Shown here in pieces: positions 40,801 to 51,017 of a stretch of 64,000 nucleotides of DNA; within the stretch, counting starts at the first letter, position 1, and the number at the start of each line of letters is the position of its first letter. The notes below the pieces were generated by a model. The model was not told the DNA's origin. It ran no database searches and worked only from the letters and a program-made list of their open reading frames with translations. Source of the DNA: a virus (taxonomy: Duplodnaviria; Caudoviricetes); the IMG/VR virus record IMGVR_UViG_3300027917_004314. One strand, written 5' to 3'. The translations under genes were made by a program, and so were the position numbers.

Positions 40801-41070
40801 ATGAAAAAGGAAGATGTAAATTTCAAAAAAGATTGTCAGAAATATCATGACTCAGTGTGTACGCTACTGAAACAAGGAAAAGTAAAAGAATCTAATGAGT
40901 TAATTGATAAAATAAGCAATTATCTTCGCCAATGGGAAGATTTTCAAAGGTCAGTATATATAAAAGTTAATGCTCTTAAATCTCTATATGCTGCTGTTGT
41001 TTTTGAACAAAGAAAAGCCGTTGAGAAAATTATAAAAGCTGGAGGCGACAGGAATAATGACCAAGAGTAA
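40801..41070 (+). CDS. Small hypothetical protein
   Basis: ORF after the portal gene. Confidence 0.55.
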   Translation: MKKEDVNFKKDCQKYHDSVCTLLKQGKVKESNELIDKISNYLRQWEDFQRSVYIKVNALKSLYAAVVFEQRKAVEKIIKAGGDRNNDQE

Positions 41071-42853
41071 AAATCCAGATGTACCTTCTGTAAAAGAGGC
41101 TGTTATGCTAGCAGACCTATTTGACAGTGTCGGGGAATATGAGACTGCCGCATTGTTGGATGAGTTTGTCAAACACGCCATGTCTGATGATATCATGAAA
41201 CAAGCGGGGTTTTGGTCTAACATTTTGAAACGCCTCAAGGGTAGATCTAAGAGAATTTTCTTCTCGGTGTATAGAGAACTTCATGATAAAGCAAAAGATG
41301 CACAAGAAGAACTTGATGCCGAAGTCAAAAGAATCAATGAGGATTTTAAGAGTGTTAAAAAACATCTTAAATTATATGAGTTAGTGGATTGGCGTTATGA
41401 AGCGCAAAAACTGGGCCTGGCAAACGTAGAGGAGATCATGTCTGGCTACGACCAAGCCTACGCTAAACTAATAGGGTTCTTTGACGTTCATAAAAAACCT
41501 GATGAAGAAATTTCCGAGGAAGAAAAACCAGAAGAAAAATTATCACCTATTGAAAAGTTACCTGGAAAACCTACAGGAAGACGCATACCTGGTGCAGAGG
41601 AGGGGTGGGTTAGGTTGGATCCACGTACTGCATCAATTCAGAAGAATGAGGAGACGGGTGACTTAAGAATCGATTTTGACAAGTTTCAAGACTATTTAGG
41701 AATCCATTTGGGTATGCCAGCGAAAAATAAAGTTAGATTTGTAGAACATCGCGGCAAATTGGGCAGACTTGAAGATTTAAAAGAGTTTATGGGAACTGAT
41801 ATCTGGAACATTATAAAAACTGATGATAAGTGGGTGTATTTATCTAAGACAGAACCAATCGTACCAGAGGAAGTGGCTATCGAGCCTGAAGAAGAAGAGG
41901 AAGTTGAAAGCCCATTTGATATAGTACCAACACTAGAACCGGAAAAAGAAGTGCCGGAAAAAAAGGTCACAAAAGAAAAACCGAGCCCGCCGCCGTCACC
42001 GCCGAAACCAGAAGAAGTTGCAGAAGAACGAATTGTCGAAGAAGAAGAAGAAGAGGTTCCTGAAGTGTCTGCATCATCTAAGATGGAACGGTTTATCGAA
42101 AAATATTATGATAGCAACATAACTGTAGATGGATTGTGGAAAGATATATATGGTATGATGCGCGAGGGCGTTTCGATTGATGAGGCGATAGAATCTGTCG
42201 AGGACATTTATGATTGGTATTCAGGCTTATCAGACTTGGATCGTGCCAGCATAGCGTTTGTGGCAAATAAATTGGTAAACAAGGGCGTCAGATTGTCTGA
42301 TGCACTTAGAAGACTAAAAATTAGTAAAGAGAAGGCTGAGACTTCCGAAGAGCCGGTTACAGAAGAAGAACTGGCGCCTACGAAGCCAGAAATTCCTGCC
42401 AAGCCGCCCGGTAAATCTTTTATGGAATGGTACAACTCTTTGGCACCTGAAGACCAACAGAAGGTAACCGAAGAGATTAATAGGCTGGTTGATGAAGGTC
42501 TGACTACAGAGCAAGCAAAAGAAAAGGTCCAGTCGATGGTGGCCATGCCAACCACGGAGCCAACTGCCGTGAGACCTAAAGTATGGGTAGAAAGGCCTGG
42601 CATGAGATGGCACAGTGCAGCAGCAAAGAGGGGCATGATAGGCTATGTACGAATACTTGAATCAAATGTCAAAGAGACCGACAGAATAGAGACCGACCCA
42701 GAAGTTATAGAATTTTTAAATTATCAGTCGCAGGGCAAACGTGTGGCAGCGTTGCCAGCCAACTGGCGAGAAATATTGACAGGATATCGCCAACAGCAAT
42801 CCCCAAGAACAGCACGAATGAGAAGAATAATGGAATTGCATACAACTTCATGA
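41057..42853 (+). CDS. Acidic hypothetical head-module protein
   Basis: N-terminal helical motif VMLADLFDSVGEYETAALLDEF; Glu/Pro-rich linkers; GGAGG RBS. Confidence 0.7.
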   Translation: MTKSKNPDVPSVKEAVMLADLFDSVGEYETAALLDEFVKHAMSDDIMKQAGFWSNILKRLKGRSKRIFFSVYRELHDKAKDAQEELDAEVKRINEDFKSVKKHLKLYELVDWRYEAQKLGLANVEEIMSGYDQAYAKLIGFFDVHKKPDEEISEEEKPEEKLSPIEKLPGKPTGRRIPGAEEGWVRLDPRTASIQKNEETGDLRIDFDKFQDYLGIHLGMPAKNKVRFVEHRGKLGRLEDLKEFMGTDIWNIIKTDDKWVYLSKTEPIVPEEVAIEPEEEEEVESPFDIVPTLEPEKEVPEKKVTKEKPSPPPSPPKPEEVAEERIVEEEEEEVPEVSASSKMERFIEKYYDSNITVDGLWKDIYGMMREGVSIDEAIESVEDIYDWYSGLSDLDRASIAFVANKLVNKGVRLSDALRRLKISKEKAETSEEPVTEEELAPTKPEIPAKPPGKSFMEWYNSLAPEDQQKVTEEINRLVDEGLTTEQAKEKVQSMVAMPTTEPTAVRPKVWVERPGMRWHSAAAKRGMIGYVRILESNVKETDRIETDPEVIEFLNYQSQGKRVAALPANWREILTGYRQQQSPRTARMRRIMELHTTS

Positions 42854-42860
42854 GGGCTAT

Positions 42861-45800
42861 ATGGCTACAGTAGAGTATAAGTGTTCGTGGTGCAAAAATC
42901 CCATATCTGTAGAGGAAGACGAGAATGCCAACACTGACATTAAAGCCAGTGGTGTGTGCAGAGAGTGTGAGCTAAAACAATTAAAGGAGACAACCATTCC
43001 CATGACTAAGAGAAAGGTTTTTAGGTTTAGGGAAAGCGGCGTAAACGAATTGGCAGAAAAACTTGAAAATCGTTTGTCGACAATGATCGCTCGCGTTAGA
43101 GAGTTGGAATCAGAAAATGTAGCAGACGATTCGCTAGCGCCAGTGGCTTTAATGCGTTTGACTGAAATTAAAGATCCAGATGAACTTTTGAAAACATATG
43201 ATAGAGATGATATTATTATAGAGGAAAAGCTAGACGGATGGAAGGTTCAGGCCATCAAAAAGGACGGCGAGGTAAAGATATATAGTCGTAGAGGAGAAGA
43301 AAAGACAGAAAACTTTCCTGATATAATAAGTGCGCTTGGCAACCTGCCTGATGGCACGCTGGTAGAAGGCGAACTTGTATATTGGCACAACGGAAAACAA
43401 GATGTAGGAAAGGTTACATCGTTGGCTGGGAGTAAACCTGAAACATCGCTAGAAAAAGCTAAAGAGTTGCCCGGCACAATAAAAATACATTTGTATGACG
43501 TTCTATGGCATAAAGGAAAGAATGTTTCCAAAGAGTCTTTTTCTAAAAGAAGACAAACCTTGCAATCATGTGTTAAAACAAGCGATAGGGCACAACTAAC
43601 GAAACAATATCCATTTTCGGATTGGCAAAAGGCAATGAACGCTGCTGTTAAGAGTGGCGGTGAAGGAATAGTATTGAAAATCAAAGAAAAGGGCTATCAG
43701 TACAAACCAAAGGGACAGCAGGAACCAAAACCTAAAAATGTTATGTATAAATACAAGGGTGGTGTTGGGAAAAGCGAATCTGATGACTACGTTGTATATG
43801 ATTATGAAATAACAGAAAAGGGGAAACTTAAAGCCTTTTTTGGCCAGTATTATGGTGGCAAACTATACCATATTAGTGAGATTAGCAACTTTTCCAAGGA
43901 AAATGAAGAGACTATTAAAAATAAATTGAAAAAGGGTAATTTTGTAATTGAAATAGGATTTCAAGAGCGGCAGCCGGGAGGGCTTAGGCACCAAAAATTT
44001 GAGAGATTTAGAGATGATAAAAAGCCAAAAGACGCAACTATGCATGAATTTCATGTTGAAAACATAGATGAATTCAAAATGGCAGAAAAGAAAGCGTCAT
44101 TTTTATTGTCAAAAAGGGCAACTTATGCAGACGAATGGCTTAAAATTCTAGAGCAAGCTGTCATGCAACTATATCCCTCCGGCCTGCCACAAATTTCTGG
44201 TGTTGATTTTCCTGCCATATATTACTTGGTATCGAGGCTTGAATCAAACGATAGGAACGATGTAATTGGTGATGCTGGTAATTCATTTGGTAGAACTCAA
44301 GTACATGGCCCATATTTTATGAGATATCTTGCACAGGATCCCAGGATCAAGCATCTCACGGGTTTGTCTTCACAAGATTTAAAACAGATGGCTGACACGT
44401 GGATGCATACTAAAAGAAATCTCAGTGGTTTGTGGCAACAGGTACCAGTTGACCAAGACACGGCCAGGGCCTATATGGCCGATAAAAAGTTGGTGATCCA
44501 TAGAAAAGAAGGCACAACAATAAGGCGAAGTCCAACCAGTGGGCCGGGCATTATTAAGTTGCGTGGCGACAAATTTGTTGGATATATAATTAATTTGGAT
44601 AAGTTAAGACACATGGGACTTACGATTACCGACGGTGTGTTAAGCAAACTTCATCAAATTTGTAACACTTTCATAACTTGGGGCGTAGCTAATAGTGCTA
44701 TAGCTAAGCTATTTATTGCTCAGAAGAATCCTGTGGCACATGCAAAATTCCATAGGTCTTTTAACAGTAGAAATATAGGCAGAGACCCAGTTTTGCAATC
44801 CGTTATAGATAGTATTTCGCAAAAAGATTTTGCAAACAAGGTTAAGATAGTGACGTCTGATGTAGCCCGTTATGGATATGATACTACAGCGCCAGGAGCA
44901 TTTAATATATATCAGCTTATTTTTATAGCAAACGCTAGTGGTGCGGGTAGGGTAAGAGACTTTTTGCGCAATAGAAGGGCATTTGCTGCCGGTAACCTCC
45001 ATTACATCCAGAGTAGCAGATTTAAACGAGCCATGAGGTGGATTCAAAGAGACCCGAAAATGCCCGCCAATGTACAATACATTGCGCGACTCTTATTGAC
45101 TGATTTACCTCCGCAGGGTGGTATGGCCGGATTTGTTTCGCGAAAGTTCTCAAATATAGATTTTCCTCTAAGCAAAAAGGTCTATGCCAGCGAAGCAGAG
45201 GAAGAGTTTGAAAAAGAAGAAACCACTGATCCGGCAAAGCCATGGTTTATAATAGAACTAGAGGATGAATTTTTTACAAAGTTGCGCCAGCTAATAGGCG
45301 AAGATGCCACGGTGCTAATTATAGTAAGAAAAAAATTATCTGAACGTGTTGGCAAAGAATTAGAGGAATATGAGCTTATCCCGCTTTATAGGCAAGACAT
45401 TATAAAATACATTACGGAAAATGTAGAAGATATTAAGTCTAAATTGTTGAATCCAGATTACAATCCGTTTGTCGAATATCTGTTAAGAAATTGGGATATT
45501 AAGCTTATAGCTCCTAAGTCTGTCGCAATGCCTACGGAACTAGGGCCAACCGATAGAGACGATGAATTTTTTGAAGAAGAGACCAAACCAGAAGCAGTCC
45601 CGTGGCGGCCAAAATTGGGGAACCAATTGATTTCAAAGAGGGCTGATTATGTAAAACCGGGCACTTTATATTTCCCTGGACAATACGCTGATGCAATTAG
45701 ATCTGGCAAACGCAGGATGACCATAAGGCCAAATGATGTGCCTGTCCAAATTGACGAGGTAATAAGATGTATTACTTACTCTGGTGGAGTTATTTGTGAC

Positions 45801-48800
45801 GTCAAAATAGTTGCCAAAAATGTAATGAGTATTAATCGCATAGGTAAAGCTTATGGCAGTCGTATGGCTAAATCATTGGCACAAAAATTTGGTCCTAAGA
45901 AAAGATTTATAGTTATTAAGTTTGAGCCTGTAGATAACCTTAATGCTGCAGATGACGATGACGACAATAATGAAGAGAAAATGTCTGAAGTACTAATAGA
46001 CAAGGATAAAAAACTTACAAGAGGCCAAATTAAAACGCACTATTCGAAACCAGCGATTCGTAAAAAAATAATGTCGCGCATCAAAGACAACCCTGTGATA
46101 GTATATATCGGTACTGGTACCAACGAAAAGATCTTGAAACGCAATCATGATGGTAAGGAAATTATAATAACAAATGATGACCCGCAAAAAGACGAAGACT
46201 CTAACAATTATTTCTATTGGGTTAAAAGGAGAGTGTTGTCGTTTCACCAAGTGTTTGGCACTAAAACCAATTTGGGCTTCGTTGATTTAGACATACATGG
46301 AGACTTTCCTCTATCTAAAGCTAAAAAATATGCGAACGAAATCAGCAAGGCCATTAAAAATAAGTATAATGTGGGTACTACCATTTTTCAAAGCGGTGGT
46401 AGTGGTTTACATGTAGAGTTTAAACTCAGCAGCGAAATGTCTATAGACAAGCTTCGCGGCGAGCTTAAGAAAATGTTGGATGCCATTAACGAAGATTGGG
46501 GTGATGTGACAACTGGTGTTGTAAAAGGTAGTGGGATGAGATCTGATGTGTCTACCCTACATAATAAGGGTAGCATTAGAGTGCCGGGTTCTTTTGGTGA
46601 AAGTCACGGAAACGTGAAAAAATCAGTAGGTTCTGAACAAGATACTGCTGAGAACAATTATAACAATGGCGGCTTCGGACAATTATATACGCAAGAAATA
46701 ACCGAGCCGTTTCCAGATCCGCTAAAAGAGGTAGCCCCAATGCAGGGTGAGGGGCCAGTTGATAGTTATATAGGATATAACACCGTAGAGGACGGAAAAT
46801 TTGCCTCAGCTAAGAAAAAAGTACTTATGTTGGTGGCACCAAAAGAATTCTATGAGCCTGAGTATTTTATCCCTCGCAGAATTTTTGCGGAAAAATATGG
46901 TTTTGATGTGTCAGTAGTTTCTAGTGGCCATAGCGCTGTTGGTGCTCAAGGAACTGAAATTGCAGTAGTTCCAATATCTGAAATAGATGTGGCCGACTTT
47001 GATTCTTTCTTTGTGGTTGGCGGCAAAGGGATGGTGGAGTTTTCCAAAGACAAAGATGCACAAAAATTGCTGAAAACTTTTGTTCGTAAGAAAAAACCTG
47101 TAGCCATGATTTGCCATGGTCCACTTCTTGCTGTTGAAACTGGTATTATAAAGGGCAGACAAGTTACTGGGTGGCCAGATATTGTGGGCAAAGTACGCAG
47201 AGCTAAGGGTACCTGGACTGGGATGCCGGTAGAAAGAGACGGGCTGCTGTTTACTGCAATTGGCCCAGAAGACGCAGAAAACTTATCTATAGTCTTATCA
47301 GAATTTCTCAAAGGAGAAAAAACACTCGTTCCTGTGAAAGAGAAATTTCTTGATTGGAAAGAGGCCTCGCAGGTAATAAATAGTATTTGGAAATTTGCTG
47401 CTGGCCTAAGTGACGAAGAAGAGCTGGCCAGATTGATGAGAGAACAGCAAGAGGAAATAGAAGAAGAGGAAGAAGGGGAAGAAGAGAAAGAGGTCATGAT
47501 TCCTGAGGATAAGGAAGCGCTCATAGAAATGCAGCATCGAGAGGAGTTGCTCAGGAGACAACAGCAAATAGAAAGATCACGCGCTGAAAGGGAACGTCGT
47601 GAAGAACAGGAAATGGAAAGGCGTCGAGAATTGCCCGAAGAATATGAGGAAGAGGAACCCGAGCTAGAAAAACCCAGAGCAGTAAAGTTTAAGGATATCG
47701 TACAAATTGAGAAAGAAGAGGAAGAACCGCTGGCCGAAGAAGAGGGCCTGGAACCATCGGAAGAATTTAGCCGAATGTTATCCTCTGTAAAAGAAGAATT
47801 GTCTAGTATACTAGAAGATATTGGGGATTTTGGTGAAGACCCCAATATGGCAGAACCAGAAGAAGATGAAGAAGAAGATTACGAGTCAACAATGGAGAAG
47901 GCGCCAGAAACTATTTTTGGAATTAAACTAAAAAGTCCAACCGACAAATCTGGCCAAGTACTTGACCGATGGTTTGAGAAAAACGAAATTGTCATGCCAG
48001 AAATGTCCGAGGGGGCCAGGAAGCTATTTACAATAAAAAACATGAAAGATGGTGCTTCTTTAACGAAACTGTTTAGCGATCCTTTGGCATGGGATATCCT
48101 GCACGAAGAACCCCACCTGTTGCAAAATTGGATTTTGCCAGCTCTGATCGTGGGTATAGGACAAAGATGGTTCAACAACAATGGTAGTAGACCACAACTT
48201 GGTACTAAAAAATTTAAAAATGTTGGTAGAACGCCTTTTGGCATGTTTGATGAAGATGACCTAGCCCTTCTCAAAAAAGGTGCAACAATAGAGGAGCTGC
48301 CCAGTGCCAGGAAGTATATACGCATGATAAATCAGTTGGTGACCAAATATGCTAACTATTATTTCTCGTATGGGTATAGGAGAAGTAAAAGAAATCCACA
48401 AGGTGCTTTACCTATAGGTGGTTATATATATAAGGCCTTAGGAAGGGCTATGACTAAAGAAATTGCTGAAGTTAAAGGTTTCAAGGAAATAAGGTTTCCT
48501 GTTTGTGCTGTGTGTAAGGCAAAACAAAAGAACGAGAAAATGATTCTTCGAAGCATGGTTAAAGTCGCTGACAAACCAGCCAGATGGGAGTGTGAGACTT
48601 GCAAAAGAGAGCATGAAGCAAATAGTTTCTTAATTGATGAATTAGAACAAAGACTTAGGACAATAGAAGACAGTGCCGGTGGGCTAAAAACTAGAATAGA
48701 ACAAGATAAGGTTGCTGTAAAAGATTTGGAAGACGAAGAGGCAATCGAACGACTTACCAATAAAATTGAAGATCGGACCCAAAGGTTAACCTCGTTTATT

Positions 48801-51017
48801 ATAGAGTCTGATTCAATCAAGAAAAAACGTGACGAGTTAAATAATACGCAGAAAATATTAAGCGGACAATTAGCAGTTCCATATTGGCATACTTGGTGCC
48901 CGAACACAACTTGTCCCGGCCGCAAAGTGCCTCTCACTTCAATAAATTGGGACGCAGATGTGTGGAAAAGTGATGCCGAGGGTGCTTTAGCGGCTAGGTT
49001 ATATGAAAGATATGGTATTAAAAGACCTGGCATGATGGAGGCCGTTGATGAGCCAACTGCGAAGCCAATAAAAAGAAAAATCTCTTCGCAGCACATTCCG
49101 CCAGAATGGCTACTAGATGTAGAGTTTATATGTCCACATGATGGTATTAAATTTACGCTAAGGGATAGTAAATATAAGGGGCACAGAAATCTAGGCGGGT
49201 TTTTGTGGGAGCCATATCGAAGGTTGGAGTGGGCTACTATGCATGAAGCTGCCCCCAAAGAAGTAGAAGTGGCGATTGCTATGGCCGGCGCCGAAGAGAA
49301 AATGGATGCTGAGTTGTCAAAAGTACTTTTCACACATTTGTCCTTAATTGGCAGAACAGTTTTCTCGCGTGAAAAAAGGAAAAAAGATCAACAATTTGTA
49401 GAGTGGTTAACAGGTCAGCTCAAGTTACATAAGTACAACCTGGAAAAAGTTAAGCAAATTCCTATCTATAGCTCCAAGCAGAGAGAGAAAGTGTTGTATG
49501 ATATAATAAAAGATTCTTCTAATCTAGATCCTTTGTCTTTCGTGGCTTGGCTTACGGAGACTGCCATAGCTGGCAAGTTTGTTCAAGATAGAGAGAAAGA
49601 TATTGGCCAGGAAAACTTTGTACTAAAGACAACGAGAAATCAGCGTAGAGACGAGATATATATACCTATTTTACAAAATTGGGTTGACAAAATGCTTTCT
49701 GAAGAAAACGGATTTGAGAATTATAGAATAGAGGACATGTTAACCAACCATCTTGAAGATGGACTCTACGGTGATGGACCAGGAACTTTCTTTGTTGCAA
49801 AGATTGAAGATGGTGTGTTGCCACATAGGGCAACCAAGAAGCACGAAGGAGTGTTTGGCTTTAGATGCAATCTTATGCTTTCTGTGAAGTTTCCTGCAAA
49901 ACCAAAATATAGTGTGCCAATACATAAAGGCATTGAGGGATTTGAAGAAGAATATTTAGATGAGTTAGAACAAAAAGAAAGAATACGAGCAAGTAGGACT
50001 GCAGAGTCAGGTTTGTATCCTCGTATGCTGAGAGTTATTGGCGTGTGGCAGCTGTCACCAGGACAAGTTGAATCTGTTCTTAAACAAGCCAATGGCGAGG
50101 CGATGCTGAAAGGCGAAGCATGCATAGCGAAGGGTCCAGGTGGTACCGGCCTGCATACGTTTGCTTTAAACAACCAAGATAAAAATATAGTCGGCGATAT
50201 GGTTGGGCACGATTTTTATGTTGCTACACTAGATAAAGACGAGACATCTTTGTCTGTAGGAGATTATGTTCTGGTACAAGCTTTACTTATGCCAGGAGAT
50301 TACTGGTGGGCGCCAATTGCTATGGTCCAAAATCTAAGAAAAGAGAGCGACACAGCTAGAAATATCTTTGGTAGACTTGGTGCTCTAATATCTGACGAAG
50401 TGTCACCAGAAGAAGATAGAAGACTGCTGCAAGAATTTGTGCAGGATGTTAAGGAATATGGTGATGACCCGAAAGAAATGGAAATGATCGTTGGAGATTT
50501 AATTGATAGGTTTGAGGCAGCAAGAAAAAAGAAAAGGTCGTCGTTTATTCTTAGCGTTAGAGAAGCAAAAGATCCTCTATCAAAATATAAACAAAAACGA
50601 GAGTTTGATGAGACTCCTGAACCCGAAGGCGAAGTCTCTAAAGAGAATAAACATCGATTTGTGATTCAAAGACACGTAGCTGAAAAAGTTGGTGAACATT
50701 GGGATCTACGACTAGAAAACAATGAAGGTGCCTTATCGTCTTGGTCTATACCAAAACATAAGTTTCCTAAAGATAAAGAGAAACTGTTGGCCGTCAAAAC
50801 GGAAGACCATCCAATATCTTATATGAAATTTAAAGGAGAGATTCCGGAGGGCTACGGTGCTGGTAAAGTAGAAATTCATGATAGCGGCACATTTGAGGAA
50901 GTAGAATGGAACGACTCGAAAATAGTTTTTAAGCTTAAAGGAGAAAAAGAGAAAGGGACATATAAGTTATTTAGAACCGATGGGAAAAATTGGATGATCA
51001 TGGAACATTACGGATAG
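42861..51017 (+). CDS. 2718-aa polyprotein: Zn finger, ATP-dependent DNA ligase, lysozyme/SLT-like domain, ASCH, AEP (LigD-Pol-like) polymerase, DJ-1/PfpI, paralog of ORF 8281, LigD 3'-phosphoesterase
   Basis: EEKLDG/VEGELV/YDVL/EGIVLK/RFRDDK; ESND..GDAGNSFGRTQV; IRSGKRRMTIR; FVDLD/SGGSGLHV/IRVPGS; FYEPE/AMICHGP; REFDETPEP/FVIQRH..HWDLRLE/EDHPISY. Confidence 0.88.
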   Translation: MATVEYKCSWCKNPISVEEDENANTDIKASGVCRECELKQLKETTIPMTKRKVFRFRESGVNELAEKLENRLSTMIARVRELESENVADDSLAPVALMRLTEIKDPDELLKTYDRDDIIIEEKLDGWKVQAIKKDGEVKIYSRRGEEKTENFPDIISALGNLPDGTLVEGELVYWHNGKQDVGKVTSLAGSKPETSLEKAKELPGTIKIHLYDVLWHKGKNVSKESFSKRRQTLQSCVKTSDRAQLTKQYPFSDWQKAMNAAVKSGGEGIVLKIKEKGYQYKPKGQQEPKPKNVMYKYKGGVGKSESDDYVVYDYEITEKGKLKAFFGQYYGGKLYHISEISNFSKENEETIKNKLKKGNFVIEIGFQERQPGGLRHQKFERFRDDKKPKDATMHEFHVENIDEFKMAEKKASFLLSKRATYADEWLKILEQAVMQLYPSGLPQISGVDFPAIYYLVSRLESNDRNDVIGDAGNSFGRTQVHGPYFMRYLAQDPRIKHLTGLSSQDLKQMADTWMHTKRNLSGLWQQVPVDQDTARAYMADKKLVIHRKEGTTIRRSPTSGPGIIKLRGDKFVGYIINLDKLRHMGLTITDGVLSKLHQICNTFITWGVANSAIAKLFIAQKNPVAHAKFHRSFNSRNIGRDPVLQSVIDSISQKDFANKVKIVTSDVARYGYDTTAPGAFNIYQLIFIANASGAGRVRDFLRNRRAFAAGNLHYIQSSRFKRAMRWIQRDPKMPANVQYIARLLLTDLPPQGGMAGFVSRKFSNIDFPLSKKVYASEAEEEFEKEETTDPAKPWFIIELEDEFFTKLRQLIGEDATVLIIVRKKLSERVGKELEEYELIPLYRQDIIKYITENVEDIKSKLLNPDYNPFVEYLLRNWDIKLIAPKSVAMPTELGPTDRDDEFFEEETKPEAVPWRPKLGNQLISKRADYVKPGTLYFPGQYADAIRSGKRRMTIRPNDVPVQIDEVIRCITYSGGVICDVKIVAKNVMSINRIGKAYGSRMAKSLAQKFGPKKRFIVIKFEPVDNLNAADDDDDNNEEKMSEVLIDKDKKLTRGQIKTHYSKPAIRKKIMSRIKDNPVIVYIGTGTNEKILKRNHDGKEIIITNDDPQKDEDSNNYFYWVKRRVLSFHQVFGTKTNLGFVDLDIHGDFPLSKAKKYANEISKAIKNKYNVGTTIFQSGGSGLHVEFKLSSEMSIDKLRGELKKMLDAINEDWGDVTTGVVKGSGMRSDVSTLHNKGSIRVPGSFGESHGNVKKSVGSEQDTAENNYNNGGFGQLYTQEITEPFPDPLKEVAPMQGEGPVDSYIGYNTVEDGKFASAKKKVLMLVAPKEFYEPEYFIPRRIFAEKYGFDVSVVSSGHSAVGAQGTEIAVVPISEIDVADFDSFFVVGGKGMVEFSKDKDAQKLLKTFVRKKKPVAMICHGPLLAVETGIIKGRQVTGWPDIVGKVRRAKGTWTGMPVERDGLLFTAIGPEDAENLSIVLSEFLKGEKTLVPVKEKFLDWKEASQVINSIWKFAAGLSDEEELARLMREQQEEIEEEEEGEEEKEVMIPEDKEALIEMQHREELLRRQQQIERSRAERERREEQEMERRRELPEEYEEEEPELEKPRAVKFKDIVQIEKEEEEPLAEEEGLEPSEEFSRMLSSVKEELSSILEDIGDFGEDPNMAEPEEDEEEDYESTMEKAPETIFGIKLKSPTDKSGQVLDRWFEKNEIVMPEMSEGARKLFTIKNMKDGASLTKLFSDPLAWDILHEEPHLLQNWILPALIVGIGQRWFNNNGSRPQLGTKKFKNVGRTPFGMFDEDDLALLKKGATIEELPSARKYIRMINQLVTKYANYYFSYGYRRSKRNPQGALPIGGYIYKALGRAMTKEIAEVKGFKEIRFPVCAVCKAKQKNEKMILRSMVKVADKPARWECETCKREHEANSFLIDELEQRLRTIEDSAGGLKTRIEQDKVAVKDLEDEEAIERLTNKIEDRTQRLTSFIIESDSIKKKRDELNNTQKILSGQLAVPYWHTWCPNTTCPGRKVPLTSINWDADVWKSDAEGALAARLYERYGIKRPGMMEAVDEPTAKPIKRKISSQHIPPEWLLDVEFICPHDGIKFTLRDSKYKGHRNLGGFLWEPYRRLEWATMHEAAPKEVEVAIAMAGAEEKMDAELSKVLFTHLSLIGRTVFSREKRKKDQQFVEWLTGQLKLHKYNLEKVKQIPIYSSKQREKVLYDIIKDSSNLDPLSFVAWLTETAIAGKFVQDREKDIGQENFVLKTTRNQRRDEIYIPILQNWVDKMLSEENGFENYRIEDMLTNHLEDGLYGDGPGTFFVAKIEDGVLPHRATKKHEGVFGFRCNLMLSVKFPAKPKYSVPIHKGIEGFEEEYLDELEQKERIRASRTAESGLYPRMLRVIGVWQLSPGQVESVLKQANGEAMLKGEACIAKGPGGTGLHTFALNNQDKNIVGDMVGHDFYVATLDKDETSLSVGDYVLVQALLMPGDYWWAPIAMVQNLRKESDTARNIFGRLGALISDEVSPEEDRRLLQEFVQDVKEYGDDPKEMEMIVGDLIDRFEAARKKKRSSFILSVREAKDPLSKYKQKREFDETPEPEGEVSKENKHRFVIQRHVAEKVGEHWDLRLENNEGALSSWSIPKHKFPKDKEKLLAVKTEDHPISYMKFKGEIPEGYGAGKVEIHDSGTFEEVEWNDSKIVFKLKGEKEKGTYKLFRTDGKNWMIMEHYG

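Noticed and set aside
24666-49333. Long minus-strand ORFs (e.g. 24666-25295, 29536-30537, 46946-47845, 48422-49333)
   Set aside because: They are antisense shadows of Glu/Lys-rich plus-strand genes: Ser/Phe-rich, with no motifs and no evident RBS
42861-51017. Ku partner gene for the LigD-like domains
   Set aside because: No Ku-like ORF was recognised in this window; it could lie elsewhere in the genome
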